64,000 nt of DNA from Candidatus Cloacimonadales bacterium (GCA_963665815.1 OY762463.1:1045469-1109468); one strand, 5' to 3'; positions 16,870-27,130 are shown, counted from the stretch's first letter. Numbers and translations are program-made. Notes: generated by a model from the sequence alone, not told the origin.

Positions 16870-18105
16870 TTATATTATCTTACCAACCATATCAGTGGTG
16901 ATTCTGTATGTATTTTTATCAGTATCAATCTTCATGTTCCCATCATCATCAATAATTGTCCGTTGAATTTTTTCTCCTTTGGGAATATATTTTTTCACAT
17001 CTTTGTGAGTGTTGAATGTTAATCCCTTTGAGAAACGATTCATTTTGATTTTAACTTCTGATGACTCTTTGTAATTTACAGGTTTAATTTTTGTTGATTT
17101 CTTTTTACCCTTTCTGGTAAACTCAAAATTGAGTTCTTTATCAGATCCCTCAATTATCTTTGTGACATCATAATAATCCTCAATTGATTTGCTGTCGATT
17201 TTCACTATTCTATCACCTGTTTTAAGATCTGATTCTTCTGCCGGTGTATCATCAATAATTCCCTGAATCTCAACAAAAGTTTCAGGACTATCTTCATTTT
17301 TTGCGATACTGACAACTCTGACAGTTGCCCCGATATACTTGTCATTAGTAAGAATATTTCCATTATAAAAAGATATAAACTCTCTTTTAAACTCAGAATC
17401 AACATTTAGCTCCGGAACAGACACGGAAATATTACCTATTTTCATTATCTCATCTTCTGAAGCTCTTGCTCCAAGTTTAAGTCTGATTTTTTTTGTCCCA
17501 TCCCTGAAAATCTTTAAATCTATTTCATCCCCTGCTTTAAAGGATTTCAATATTGTCTGAAGTTGATCAAAAGCATATATTTTGTTTCCATCCATTTCAA
17601 TAATTACATCACCAGTCTTCATACCGGCCTTGTAGCAAGGACCATCCCTTACAACATCGACCTGCACACCATATGGTACATCAATTCCTATTTTCTTTCT
17701 TCGTCTTTCAGAAAGTTTATCGGAATAAATACCCATATATGCCGGTGTTGGATTTATATCTTCTCTGGAGCCAAGTTTAACTTTGATATTCTTCTTCTTA
17801 CCATCTCTTAGAACTGTGAATTTTGATTGATCTCCGGGTTTTCGGAGTTCAAGCATTGCACGCAACTGAGAAAGCGTATACACTTTTTCTCCATCCATCA
17901 TTACAATGACATCTTCGGGGAGCATCCCTGCTTCCTTTGCTTTACCATTTTTCAGTACTCTTTCAATATATACGCCATAATCATTTCTTTTATCCTGAGC
18001 AATATCTGACGAAGATGCATCTTTAAGTATTACTCCAAGAACAGCTTCAGAAAATACTGAGCAAGTAAAGATCAGCATTATAAGTATAATTAGATTTCTT
18101 TTCAT
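16870..18105 (-). CDS. secreted protein with three PDZ domains
   Basis: 411 aa with signal peptide MKRNLIILIMLIFTCSVFS. Three PDZ-like units are present (..KNGKAKEAGMLPEDVIVMMDGEKV.., ..GPCYKAGMKTGDVIIEMDGNKI.., ..PAEESDLKTGDRIVKIDSKSI..). No protease domain is seen. Confidence 0.8.
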   Translation of the reverse strand: MKRNLIILIMLIFTCSVFSEAVLGVILKDASSSDIAQDKRNDYGVYIERVLKNGKAKEAGMLPEDVIVMMDGEKVYTLSQLRAMLELRKPGDQSKFTVLRDGKKKNIKVKLGSREDINPTPAYMGIYSDKLSERRRKKIGIDVPYGVQVDVVRDGPCYKAGMKTGDVIIEMDGNKIYAFDQLQTILKSFKAGDEIDLKIFRDGTKKIRLKLGARASEDEIMKIGNISVSVPELNVDSEFKREFISFYNGNILTNDKYIGATVRVVSIAKNEDSPETFVEIQGIIDDTPAEESDLKTGDRIVKIDSKSIEDYYDVTKIIEGSDKELNFEFTRKGKKKSTKIKPVNYKESSEVKIKMNRFSKGLTFNTHKDVKKYIPKGEKIQRTIIDDDGNMKIDTDKNTYRITTDMVGKII

Positions 18106-18114
18106 TTTAACTCC

Positions 18115-18558
18115 TTATAAAGATTTGTACAAATTCTCTATTTTATTGGGATCCTTTATATATGTTACTGCACCCAATTCTTTGGATACATACTTTTCAA
18201 CAATGTACTTTGCCGGAATATCTTCTTCTTCTAACTCATAATATTCGGCTTCAACAACTTTTACAAGTGAATCAGCTTCTTCAATCTGATCACAAAACGA
18301 ATACTCTTCACGGAATGTGTAATTATGTACTTTTAAAGCATATTGAGGATTTACAAGAATGACGCTCAGCACTATAAACATGATTGAACACAGTGTATAT
18401 GCCAACCTCATTCTGTTCTTTGCTCTGACAAAATCATTATATTGAGATTTATTGAGATTGTAATGTTTTATCAATCTTCCTCTCAAATCTTCTTCTAAAG
18501 TATGATTTTCTATATCAGGAATCTTAGCTTTGAAGTAACTATTTTCCAAATCTTTCAT
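18115..18558 (-). CDS. single-pass membrane protein; candidate anti-sigma factor
   Basis: 147 aa with a central TM helix (LAYTLCSIMFIVLSVILV). It overlaps the upstream ECF sigma gene by 20 nt. The call rests on position only. Confidence 0.5.
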   Translation of the reverse strand: MKDLENSYFKAKIPDIENHTLEEDLRGRLIKHYNLNKSQYNDFVRAKNRMRLAYTLCSIMFIVLSVILVNPQYALKVHNYTFREEYSFCDQIEEADSLVKVVEAEYYELEEEDIPAKYIVEKYVSKELGAVTYIKDPNKIENLYKSL

Positions 18559-19093
18559 TATTGACTCCTTTTCTGATTTTCTTCAGTAGTCTATGCATTC
18601 TGACCTTGAGAGAATTTTCACTTTTCTTCATTACTTCTGCGATCTCAGAGTATGACATTTTTTGGAAAAAGCGTAATCCTATAAGATCTTTGTCTTTAAC
18701 AGGTAAATTGTTTATAATTGTCTTTATTTCGATGTATTCGGGAAATCCGGCATTAACATCGTGATTAGTTTCTTCAATCTCAGTTTCAGTTTTCACAGAA
18801 TCAGTCAATTTTCTGTGTTTCCCGACTTTTCTGTAGTACATGTTTATTTCGTTAATCGTTATTCTCATAAGCCATGAGGAGAACCTGCAATTTCTTGAGT
18901 CCAGTAACCTGAATGTATTCAATTTGCTCATTGCTTTAAAGAAGACATCTGAGACTATCTCATTTCTGATTGCCTCATCTGGTACGCGGTGAAATACATA
19001 ATTGTTTACCATTTTAAAGTACTTCTTATAAAAGTAATCAAAAGCTGCTATATCCTTCTGTGCATTTAATACATTTTTCCATTCAGGGTCCAT
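18539..19093 (-). CDS. ECF-type sigma-70 family factor
   Basis: The start is placed at the ATG at 19093, preceded by GGAGG and 4 nt. Region-2-like segment: VFFKAMSKLNTF..FSSWLMRITINEINMYYRK. Region-4 HTH: LIGLRFFQKMSYSEIAEVMKKSENSLKVRMHRLLKKIRK. Confidence 0.85.
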   Translation of the reverse strand: MDPEWKNVLNAQKDIAAFDYFYKKYFKMVNNYVFHRVPDEAIRNEIVSDVFFKAMSKLNTFRLLDSRNCRFSSWLMRITINEINMYYRKVGKHRKLTDSVKTETEIEETNHDVNAGFPEYIEIKTIINNLPVKDKDLIGLRFFQKMSYSEIAEVMKKSENSLKVRMHRLLKKIRKGVNNERFGK

Positions 19094-19267
19094 TGAACCT
19101 CCACTTATCACAAACAAAATGCACTATTCATAGAAAGGTTTCAAGAAAAAATGAATTTTACTACATTTTTTTTTGCTTGTATGAAAAAGACTCTGATACG
19201 GATTCAACAGACAGTAACTACCTTAATCCGTAAAATCCTCCGAAATCAACCCTACACCTTAGATATA

Positions 19268-19714
19268 TCAGTATAATTTGTCTGGCTTGTAGAGTTCTGA
19301 TTTTGTAAATTGTCTGTCAGGATCAAGAACATGTAACCGCATTTTCTCAAACCTGCTGTACTTGACTCCAAGTAGAATGTACTCGTTAATATTATTATAG
19401 TGACGACCATTCAAATCACAGGCAAACAAATAATGGTGTTCGGGATAATGAGATACTTCATTCCTGAATGCCTGAAATCTTTTAAATACTCCATACAATA
19501 ATTGGATAGATACACCTGGCTTAATTCCCTCTTTCAAATATGTTCTGGCGTAATTATTTGTTTCTGCGTTTGATGAATCTGAGTAGTTTGCCAAATTGCT
19601 CAAGTCAGCCTTACATTCAATTTCCTCGAAAACAGTATTGAACTCAGAAAACTGATCAATTATTGCATCCACATCTTTTAAAAGTGAGTGAATCCTTGAT
19701 ATTGGAGTAATCAT
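19268..19714 (-). CDS. hypothetical protein (paralog of 20161..20607)
   Basis: 148 aa. It aligns by eye along its whole length with the divergently transcribed neighbour: MITPISRI/MIAPIIRV, YARTYLKEGIKPG/AYRFLRNGFSGG, HHYLFACDLNGRHYNN/NHFVLMHDKKGKAFNN. Confidence 0.6.
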   Translation of the reverse strand: MITPISRIHSLLKDVDAIIDQFSEFNTVFEEIECKADLSNLANYSDSSNAETNNYARTYLKEGIKPGVSIQLLYGVFKRFQAFRNEVSHYPEHHYLFACDLNGRHYNNINEYILLGVKYSRFEKMRLHVLDPDRQFTKSELYKPDKLY

Positions 19715-20160
19715 TCCACACCTCTCTTTTTTATGACTACTACAATAATAATCAAAAAAAAAGAAATGACAAAATTAAAAATACTATTTTTCAAATTTGC
19801 TCAATATTATACATTCATTTTCTTTCCTTTATCTTTCCCTGATCATGATTACATTTCCTTCATGATACTCTTTTTTGGAGGTCACTGTCCATACAGAACC
19901 TTAATAAACAAGTTCTAATCGAATTTCCTCATGTCAAACAATCCCAGTGATTCATATAATATGTAATATTTGCCAATGTAGCTTCAATCTTGCGCTATAC
20001 TGCAATAATCATCCAGAAATGAACATAATTCATCTTAGATTTACATGAAATTCACTGATATTTTTTATTCATCTAATCTACTTAATTTTAATAAATTAAG
20101 TCTTTGACAATTTTCAGATGTTTTTTTTCCTGTCTCCAGAAGCAAAGCAAAGAGGAAAAT

Positions 20161-20607
20161 ATGATAGCACCCATAATACGTGTATCAACATATATACATT
20201 TAATCGATAATACATTAGAAAGATTTAATATTTTTGATAAAAGTATCACTAATTCTCTGGAAATGTACTCAAAAAGTGAAATAGAATTGTTAGGTTGCTC
20301 CAGCAATGATATGACAAATCAATTAGCATATAGATTTCTCAGAAATGGATTTTCAGGTGGAGAATCCATAGAACCTATTATTGGACTTTATTTCAGATTG
20401 AATACTATCAGGGAAAAGCTTGAGAAAATATCTCCAAATCATTTTGTTCTGATGCATGATAAAAAAGGGAAAGCATTTAACAATCCACTGGATTTTCTTT
20501 TTTTTGGATTGGAATTCAATGTTAACTCATGCATTAACCTCACTCATATATCTCCGGGACCTGTTGACTGCAAAGAAAATGGAAGAGTTACAAAGGGAAT
20601 GTTTTAG
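20161..20607 (+). CDS. hypothetical protein (paralog of 19268..19714)
   Basis: The start is moved to the ATG at 20161 (AGAGGA RBS upstream), because this gives an N-terminus homologous to the paralog. 148 aa. Confidence 0.6.
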   Translation: MIAPIIRVSTYIHLIDNTLERFNIFDKSITNSLEMYSKSEIELLGCSSNDMTNQLAYRFLRNGFSGGESIEPIIGLYFRLNTIREKLEKISPNHFVLMHDKKGKAFNNPLDFLFFGLEFNVNSCINLTHISPGPVDCKENGRVTKGMF

Positions 20608-21212
20608 AGATATGTATCTTCTTCTTCCTCTTCATCATCTTCACCAGTATAGACATCCCATCCAAACATTGTATCTAATTGATAAAGCATTATCTCACTT
20701 ATAGTAAATGACACTGCACAAAGTAGAACTACAACAAAACCAAACTTAAACAATCCTGTAAACTCAATAGCAGACAACTCACTGTCCTGATAGTATTGAA
20801 TCAAACCAAATACAAGACAATACAAAGCTCCATTAACAACTGCAAAAGAAAGATTTCTTATTGTGTTTTGATTGATAAAATCCCATATATACATTATTGT
20901 AACAACGAATAAAAGCATATATACAGGATAGGCGATTATAAAAGCAAATGAATTACCAATCCTCAAATTAAGGAATACAGAAAATAGTGTTGAAAGAACA
21001 ACAGCAGCAATAAAACCGATAGCACGGCTGAAATAAACATAACAAAAAAGGATAAGCCCACAGATAACGGGAAGAATTAGAAACTGCATTCCCGATGAAT
21101 CATTCAAGTTAAAAACATCTATCTTCATTATCATTCCCACAATTGCCGTTATGAACACATTGATCAATGTTATAAGAAATATTGCTGTTATAATAAAAGA
21201 TGGTTTACGCAT
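20604..21212 (-). CDS. multi-pass membrane protein with acidic C-terminal tail
   Basis: 202 aa with about six hydrophobic helices. It ends in ..TGEDDEEEEEDTYL. Confidence 0.65.
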   Translation of the reverse strand: MRKPSFIITAIFLITLINVFITAIVGMIMKIDVFNLNDSSGMQFLILPVICGLILFCYVYFSRAIGFIAAVVLSTLFSVFLNLRIGNSFAFIIAYPVYMLLFVVTIMYIWDFINQNTIRNLSFAVVNGALYCLVFGLIQYYQDSELSAIEFTGLFKFGFVVVLLCAVSFTISEIMLYQLDTMFGWDVYTGEDDEEEEEDTYL

Positions 21213-21228
21213 TGTGTCTCCTTGTCTC

Positions 21229-23037
21229 CTAATTAAAGAAATACCATTTCAGTCTTACAAAAAAGTGAACCGGCATAAGATCAGTTGTATATATTTCTGT
21301 TTCATTTGTAATATTCCTGAATTCTCCTGTAGCACTGAAGTTCTTGGTTATGTCTAATCTTACAAAAGCATTCAAGTAATGAGAATTATATAATTCCGAG
21401 TTCTTATAGAATATTGTATTATCATCATATTGATATCTTATTCCACCGGTAATTCTATTATTATGTTTAAGTAAATAGCTTAAACTAATTTCGCTGTCTG
21501 TATATAATTTTTCAGATTCATACTTGATTCCAATGTTCGAGTTCAAGACAAATTGCCTGTATTTCAAGGCTTTCTTCACATCTGCTGACAGGAAAGGTGA
21601 TTCTACTCTCAGATCAAGTTCATCAGGTGTACTTACATATTTCAAAGATAATTCTTCTACAGAATATCCCGCCTTTATTTCTGCTTCTGCACATTGCTTC
21701 ATCCTGAGTTGAAATCCGTAATTTATCTTATCGAACTGTAAGTTTTCATATGAAAGTGATAACATGTCCCTTACATCTCTATTAACAAAATCAGTATATA
21801 CTCCATAGGAGGCGATATCGATATTATCAGCCATTACTTCGCCGGAAGCCCATAATGATTTCTCACCAATAACAGCATTACTCTGAGCAGATAATAAATC
21901 ATTTTTATATGAGTAATCAGCTATTAACCCAGTGAATTCTCTTGTACTGTTAACAGAAAATTGCCAGAAAGCCTTTAAATTATGATTGCCTGGATTGAAT
22001 TCCCTGCCAATTGAAAACAAATTATCATAAACTTCAGTTGAATCAATCTTATCAGAATATAACTTATAATTGAAATCAATTAAATCAGATCTGTACATTA
22101 CAGTATACTCATGAGTATAATAACTCTCATTCTTAACATTTGTAATTGGATTTCTGAGAACTTTTTTCTCAGGAACTTTTTGTCTACTGTTGATATATCT
22201 GGTTTCAATTTCACCATATGATAGAGGAGCTTTTAGCTGTAGATGAATTGATCCGTTAGCTTCATTTATAACCTGAAGTTGATCATCATATAACTCACCA
22301 TTAAATCCAACATAGTCAAATCGAAGCTGAATATCCTTTCCGAAAATTTTATCCTTACCTACATCCAGTACAATGAAGTCATAATTATAATCGCCGGTTG
22401 CCATATAAGCTTTTACCATCATTGGCTCAAGTTCATAATATCTGCTATTCAGTATCATTGAGTTTTCAGTTTCACTGGTATTGTAAAACCTGTTCATCGT
22501 CTGGTAGTAAAGAGGCAATGAGACTTTATCAGAAACAAATACCATGCCATCTCTTCTTATCAATTTATCAAAATCATGATACCCGTCATAATGAAAACCT
22601 TCAGATATATTATACTTCCTGTGAGTATTATCATCTATATCCATAACACTGTCGATCAAAGCATAATAATCAATTTTTTCAACTTCTATTATTACAGAAT
22701 CCTGAATCGACTTCTTCAGAGACTTTTTTAGAACATAAACAGCGGCATATGGATTGATTTTACTTTTACCTGCATCCAGTAGAACTTTATTCTTGTATCT
22801 GAATATGTATTTTTTAACAATACTTCTCACTGAAGGATTCAGATAGTGAACAGCAATAGAATCAATATCATAGTTGACAATATAAACATCTGCTTTGACA
22901 GTCAATGAATCTCTTACAAGAAGTGAATCCTGCCCGAATACAGGCACATCATACTTCATGAAGTCACCTTCAGTAACAACTGAAAGCAGTGTACTCACTA
23001 ACAGGTAAGTAAATAGTAAAATTATTCCACGTTTCAT
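21229..23037 (-). CDS. hypothetical secreted / outer-membrane beta-barrel-like protein
   Basis: 602 aa with signal peptide MKRGIILLFTYLLVSTLLS. The composition is Y/N/S-rich beta-strand-like, with an aromatic-rich C-terminus (..RLKWYFFN). It lies 16 nt upstream of the membrane protein gene. Confidence 0.6.
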   Translation of the reverse strand: MKRGIILLFTYLLVSTLLSVVTEGDFMKYDVPVFGQDSLLVRDSLTVKADVYIVNYDIDSIAVHYLNPSVRSIVKKYIFRYKNKVLLDAGKSKINPYAAVYVLKKSLKKSIQDSVIIEVEKIDYYALIDSVMDIDDNTHRKYNISEGFHYDGYHDFDKLIRRDGMVFVSDKVSLPLYYQTMNRFYNTSETENSMILNSRYYELEPMMVKAYMATGDYNYDFIVLDVGKDKIFGKDIQLRFDYVGFNGELYDDQLQVINEANGSIHLQLKAPLSYGEIETRYINSRQKVPEKKVLRNPITNVKNESYYTHEYTVMYRSDLIDFNYKLYSDKIDSTEVYDNLFSIGREFNPGNHNLKAFWQFSVNSTREFTGLIADYSYKNDLLSAQSNAVIGEKSLWASGEVMADNIDIASYGVYTDFVNRDVRDMLSLSYENLQFDKINYGFQLRMKQCAEAEIKAGYSVEELSLKYVSTPDELDLRVESPFLSADVKKALKYRQFVLNSNIGIKYESEKLYTDSEISLSYLLKHNNRITGGIRYQYDDNTIFYKNSELYNSHYLNAFVRLDITKNFSATGEFRNITNETEIYTTDLMPVHFFVRLKWYFFN

Positions 23038-23509
23038 ATCATTCCTTATAGATAACTATGTATATCAGCAAAATTAAGCATCTTTATTAAAAAATCTATT
23101 CAACTCCTATTTCATCGCAAATTGGAGAATAGACAGTTTCAATTATACAAAAGCCTCTTATAATATAGATTGCTACAGGATTAATTTACTGAATAAAATG
23201 TCAATAAAGAATAGTTTGTCTCCGATTATATGAAATAAAACAAAAAAAATATCACTTGCAGATATCGCTTTAAAGTCTTTATGAATTGTATATACAGATG
23301 ATTTAAAGATACACAACAGAAATCTGCAGAGCACTTTCCTGAGCCTTTTTCATTTTTACAGAATTGGCATAGCTTGGCAAAAAATTTGAGTATCATCATA
23401 CTGTGCAAAAAGTCCTGATTTCATGCTATTTAAATGCAGAAATCCTTGAATCTCATTATTTTTTAACAATAAATGATATTATAAAAGCAGAAAAAAGGCA
23501 AAAAATACC

Positions 23510-23580
23510 TGCAAAACAAAACAGCACTCCAATTGTACGGATTGTAAACCTTGTAAACAACCATGTACAATAGAAGTGCT
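23510..23580 (-). terminator. long imperfect hairpin terminator after 23600..23947
   Basis: On the minus strand, AGCACTTCTATTGTACATGG pairs with CCGTACAATTGGAGTGCT (about 16 of 18 positions paired). GTTTTGTTTTG follows. Confidence 0.6.
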
Positions 23581-23599
23581 TAAAAAATTTTAGAAGATA

Positions 23600-23947
23600 T
23601 TATTTAAGGATAACTTTAACTTTCACATAAGTAAAGTTAGTTTTCACAGAAATAAAATAATCTCCAGCCTTTTCTCTTTGACCGTCAAGACCTGTTCCGT
23701 CCCATGTAAAAGTATAGGCTCCGGATGCAAGTTGTCTTTTAGCAAGACTTTTAACAACTACATCATTCTTATCAAGAATAAGAATTTCAGTCTTTGAGTC
23801 TTCAGGTATGTTGACAGTAATAGTAGTAGTTTCCTCAAATGGATCCGGTGTACATGACACTGTCAAATCCGCGATCTCATTCTCAACAGTAGCTACAAGA
23901 TATACACTTGCCAATATCAGCATAACTAACACCAATATCTTTTTCAT
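23600..23947 (-). CDS. small secreted protein consisting essentially of a FlgD-Ig/T9SS-like C-terminal domain
   Basis: 115 aa with signal peptide MKKILVLVMLILASVYLVA. It contains ..GAYTFTWDGTGLDGQREKAGDYFISV.., the same fold signature as the C-termini of the three larger secreted proteins in this window. Confidence 0.65.
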   Translation of the reverse strand: MKKILVLVMLILASVYLVATVENEIADLTVSCTPDPFEETTTITVNIPEDSKTEILILDKNDVVVKSLAKRQLASGAYTFTWDGTGLDGQREKAGDYFISVKTNFTYVKVKVILK

Positions 23948-23976
23948 AATAACTCCTTTATATTACACTTTTTATA

Positions 23977-24903
23977 TTATGCATTTTTTGTTCCAAAATT
24001 ATCACCAAGACAAATCCCACCAAGAAGAGCAGCCTTATTTCCAAGCTCTGCTTTCTTAATAACAATTAAATCTCTATGTACTTTATCAATATTTTTTAGA
24101 ATTACTTCTTTTAATGCCTTGAATGGATATGCTTCAATATCCAAAACACCTCCACCGACAAGTACTATCTGTGGATTTAAAACTGTAATTCCATTAGCAA
24201 TAGCAACGCCTAATACCTTTATTGAGTCAGATATTATCATGCGTACTTCTTCATTCATACTAAGATTAGTTAAGACATTATATATTGTCAAGTCATCATT
24301 TTCGATTTCTGATATTTTTTTTCTTTTTATCCTGTTCAATATTCCAGTCACAGAGGAATAAACTTCCGTACATCCTATTTTACCACACTTACATTCCTCC
24401 CCATCAAGAACAACTGTGAGGTGACCTATCTCCATAGACATGTATGTTGATCCATGAAAAATATTTTTACCGGAAACAAATCCGCTACCAATCCCTGTGC
24501 CTACTGTAAACCCTAATACGCTTTTCTCAAAACCATATAAACTTGCCTCTCCATAAGTCATAAGATTTGCATCATTCTCAAGGAATACAGGAACACCGAA
24601 TCTTTCCTCAAGAAGTCTCTTAGGATTCACATTGAGCAATCCGGGAATATTTGGTGTAAATCCCAATACTTCACCAGTCTCACTGTTTACACATCCGGGA
24701 GTTCCCAATGCTATACAGTTCAGCTTGTCCTCAAGCGAATACTTCTTTATAATTGACTCCACACATGTAATCAACAAATGATTTATACCGTCAGAAGTAT
24801 GATCAGCGACTGGCATTTTGTCGTCGAAATCAATAACTCCATTTGAACCGATACCATACTTTAAAAATGATCCTCCAAGATCCATTGTAATAGTTTTATT
24901 CAT
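23977..24903 (-). CDS. ROK-family sugar kinase (glucokinase-like)
   Basis: DLGGSFLKYG (ATP-binding motif), LENDANLMTYGE, GTGIGSGFV, and the Zn motif GHL..CKCGKIGCTEVY. Confidence 0.85.
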   Translation of the reverse strand: MNKTITMDLGGSFLKYGIGSNGVIDFDDKMPVADHTSDGINHLLITCVESIIKKYSLEDKLNCIALGTPGCVNSETGEVLGFTPNIPGLLNVNPKRLLEERFGVPVFLENDANLMTYGEASLYGFEKSVLGFTVGTGIGSGFVSGKNIFHGSTYMSMEIGHLTVVLDGEECKCGKIGCTEVYSSVTGILNRIKRKKISEIENDDLTIYNVLTNLSMNEEVRMIISDSIKVLGVAIANGITVLNPQIVLVGGGVLDIEAYPFKALKEVILKNIDKVHRDLIVIKKAELGNKAALLGGICLGDNFGTKNA

Positions 24904-24904
24904 A

Positions 24905-25804
24905 CTAAACTCTTTTTCTCTTTATTATACTTATAAGCTTCTCAAAATCAAGACCAAGAACAATTACTACAAAACCTGCAATCTGAAGCAGATGAATATC
25001 TTCCTTCAACAAAAAGAATGCCAGAAGTCCGGCAATCACAGGCTTTATATAAAAAAACATTGCCGCATTTGCTGCGGGAATATGTTTCAATGCATCAAAA
25101 TACAGAATATATGCAACTCCGGTAACCCCCACACCAAGATATAGTAGAGAAGCTATATTCTCAGTAGTCAATGGAAAAGTAAGATCAATATGCAAGAAAG
25201 CTGCTACAGCAAACAATACAATTGAACCAATGAAAAAGGAAATACTGATGAAAAAGTATTTACTGTAATTTCTCACTATTCTGGCAGAAATTGATGTATA
25301 CAGTCCAAACGTCACAGCCGATGCAATCCCAAAAATTGCTCCGAGAAGCATATTTTCCGATCCTTTCAGAGAATTTATATCCGCCAACAGAATCAAAACT
25401 ATTCCTGCGAGCCCCAGCAGCAAACCTGTCAATCTAACCATGGAGAGCTTTTCTTTCAGAATAAACTGAGAAAATATTCCTACAAATACGGGATTAGCAC
25501 TGACAAGCAATGCTGCCATTACAGCTTTCCCAAAATGAATAGACAACTGAAGAAAAAACATAGCTATAGATACATTGAGTATTCCCGGAAAACCTATATA
25601 CAAAAAGTCTCTGAATTTCAACTTCTTATCCATTTTTCGGTACTCAATGATTGCCAGTGGAAGGATAACTAATCCTCCAATCAGAAACCTGAATGCAGTA
25701 ATCGCCAGAGGATGCACTGAATACCTCAGGGATTTTCCGACATACTCTATCGTTGAAAACAGACATATTGTCAGAAAACAAAATATATAACTTCTTTTAA
25801 TCAA
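24905..25804 (-). CDS. EamA/DMT-family transporter
   Basis: 299 aa with ten TM helices in two EamA-like repeats. Its stop lies 1 nt before the ROK kinase start, indicating an operon. Confidence 0.75.
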   Translation of the reverse strand: MIKRSYIFCFLTICLFSTIEYVGKSLRYSVHPLAITAFRFLIGGLVILPLAIIEYRKMDKKLKFRDFLYIGFPGILNVSIAMFFLQLSIHFGKAVMAALLVSANPVFVGIFSQFILKEKLSMVRLTGLLLGLAGIVLILLADINSLKGSENMLLGAIFGIASAVTFGLYTSISARIVRNYSKYFFISISFFIGSIVLFAVAAFLHIDLTFPLTTENIASLLYLGVGVTGVAYILYFDALKHIPAANAAMFFYIKPVIAGLLAFFLLKEDIHLLQIAGFVVIVLGLDFEKLISIIKRKRV

Positions 25805-25982
25805 ACTATCTCCATATTTTTAATACAATTATTATCCAGTTTCTTCTGACATAGACAAATGAGTCAAGAGTAATGATGAAAATATACTGCATTCATAAAG
25901 CATTAATATAATATTTCCTTTACATCTGAGTGCAGCTCAATATATTTTTCACATAATACAATCCCATAACTTAGGAGAAAAA

Positions 25983-26453
25983 ATGGAAAATGCATACAAA
26001 GTAGAAGTATTTGATTATAAGCAAACTCAATTTCTTGGAATAAAAGAAGTAGTTAAATTTGATAAGCTTCCTGAATTTTTTGAGAGAAATTATGCAAAAT
26101 TGATGACTCACTTGAAGCAGAACGAAATAGAATGCATTGGAATTCCTGCTGCCATATACTATGGTTGGAACATGGAAAACAATGAAACAACTGTAGCAGC
26201 CGCACTACCAGTCGATAAACCCATTTCCGTAGATGAAGTAATGGTAATAGACATGCCTGCCCGTAAAGCATATATGACTGACTATTTCGGACCATACGAC
26301 AAAATGATGCCTGCCTATACAGCACTCATGAGTAAAATGGAGAAGGATCAAGCTGAAATGGATTTCCCCTGTCTGGAGCTTTACATGAATGATCCTGCTG
26401 TAATAAAGGATCCTTCAAAGTGGCACACAAGAATAATTGTGTTTTACAAATAG
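25983..26453 (+). CDS. GyrI-like small-molecule-binding domain protein
   Basis: 156 aa. The length and pattern (..QFLGIK..GIPAAIYY..VAAALPV..ELYMNDPAVIKDPSKWHTRIIV) are typical of GyrI/SbmC-like effector-binding domains. Confidence 0.55.
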   Translation: MENAYKVEVFDYKQTQFLGIKEVVKFDKLPEFFERNYAKLMTHLKQNEIECIGIPAAIYYGWNMENNETTVAAALPVDKPISVDEVMVIDMPARKAYMTDYFGPYDKMMPAYTALMSKMEKDQAEMDFPCLELYMNDPAVIKDPSKWHTRIIVFYK

Positions 26454-27099
26454 CGAGCCTTGCATATCAGCAGAATCTAGTATCTCTGGTATAATGATGA
26501 AAGTACTGTAGGTGAGTTTAAAAACACACCTGATAGAACAGTCCCGACTTGATTAAAAGTAATGATGAGATTTTATTTCAAAAAATTACTGAGGGATGCA
26601 TATTTTGTGTCAGAATTTGATGAAATCTGATACCAAGTCAACTAACCTCAATCATGCAGGAATCTCAAATAATTTGTAGATTTTGAATAAAAACATTGAC
26701 AGATATTCAATAGTTTACCAGATTAGAGATGTACTTCAAAGGAAATATCTTCTCGAATGCGCAAGTCCAAAGTGGCTTGCGTTTTCTTTTATAAGGTTAA
26801 TTATATCAATTTTACATATTGCATTATGTTGGCAGAACTAATTTTTACTGCATTCAATTGCCACCAGGTTTTCGATTGTAGAGAGAAACAGAACGAAAAC
26901 AAGTCTTGAAATGCTGATTATAAATCTTACATCCTTGATTATATGTGGTTTATTATCGCTAAAGGCTGGAATAATCTAATGTAACTCTTTTTGTCAAAAC
27001 TAATTAGGTTCTCCTTCAGACCCAGTTATTTGAACGCACCCCGTGTTTCTATTTTCAGGTGTATAATATTTATTATCATATCAAGACACTATAACTATT

Positions 27100-27130
27100 A
27101 AAAAAGCAGACTACCAAAAGACAGTCTGCT
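27100..27130 (-). terminator. rho-independent terminator after the nitroreductase gene
   Basis: Minus strand reads AGCAGACT-gtcttttggt-AGTCTGCT followed by TTTTTT. Confidence 0.75.

Noticed and set aside
19268-19714. FRNEVSH in the 148-aa protein looks like a HEPN Rx4H RNase motif.
   Set aside because: The paralog at 20161..20607 aligns IREKLEK at this position, so the His is not conserved (only a His 10 residues after the Arg is shared). One short motif without fold evidence is not enough for a call.
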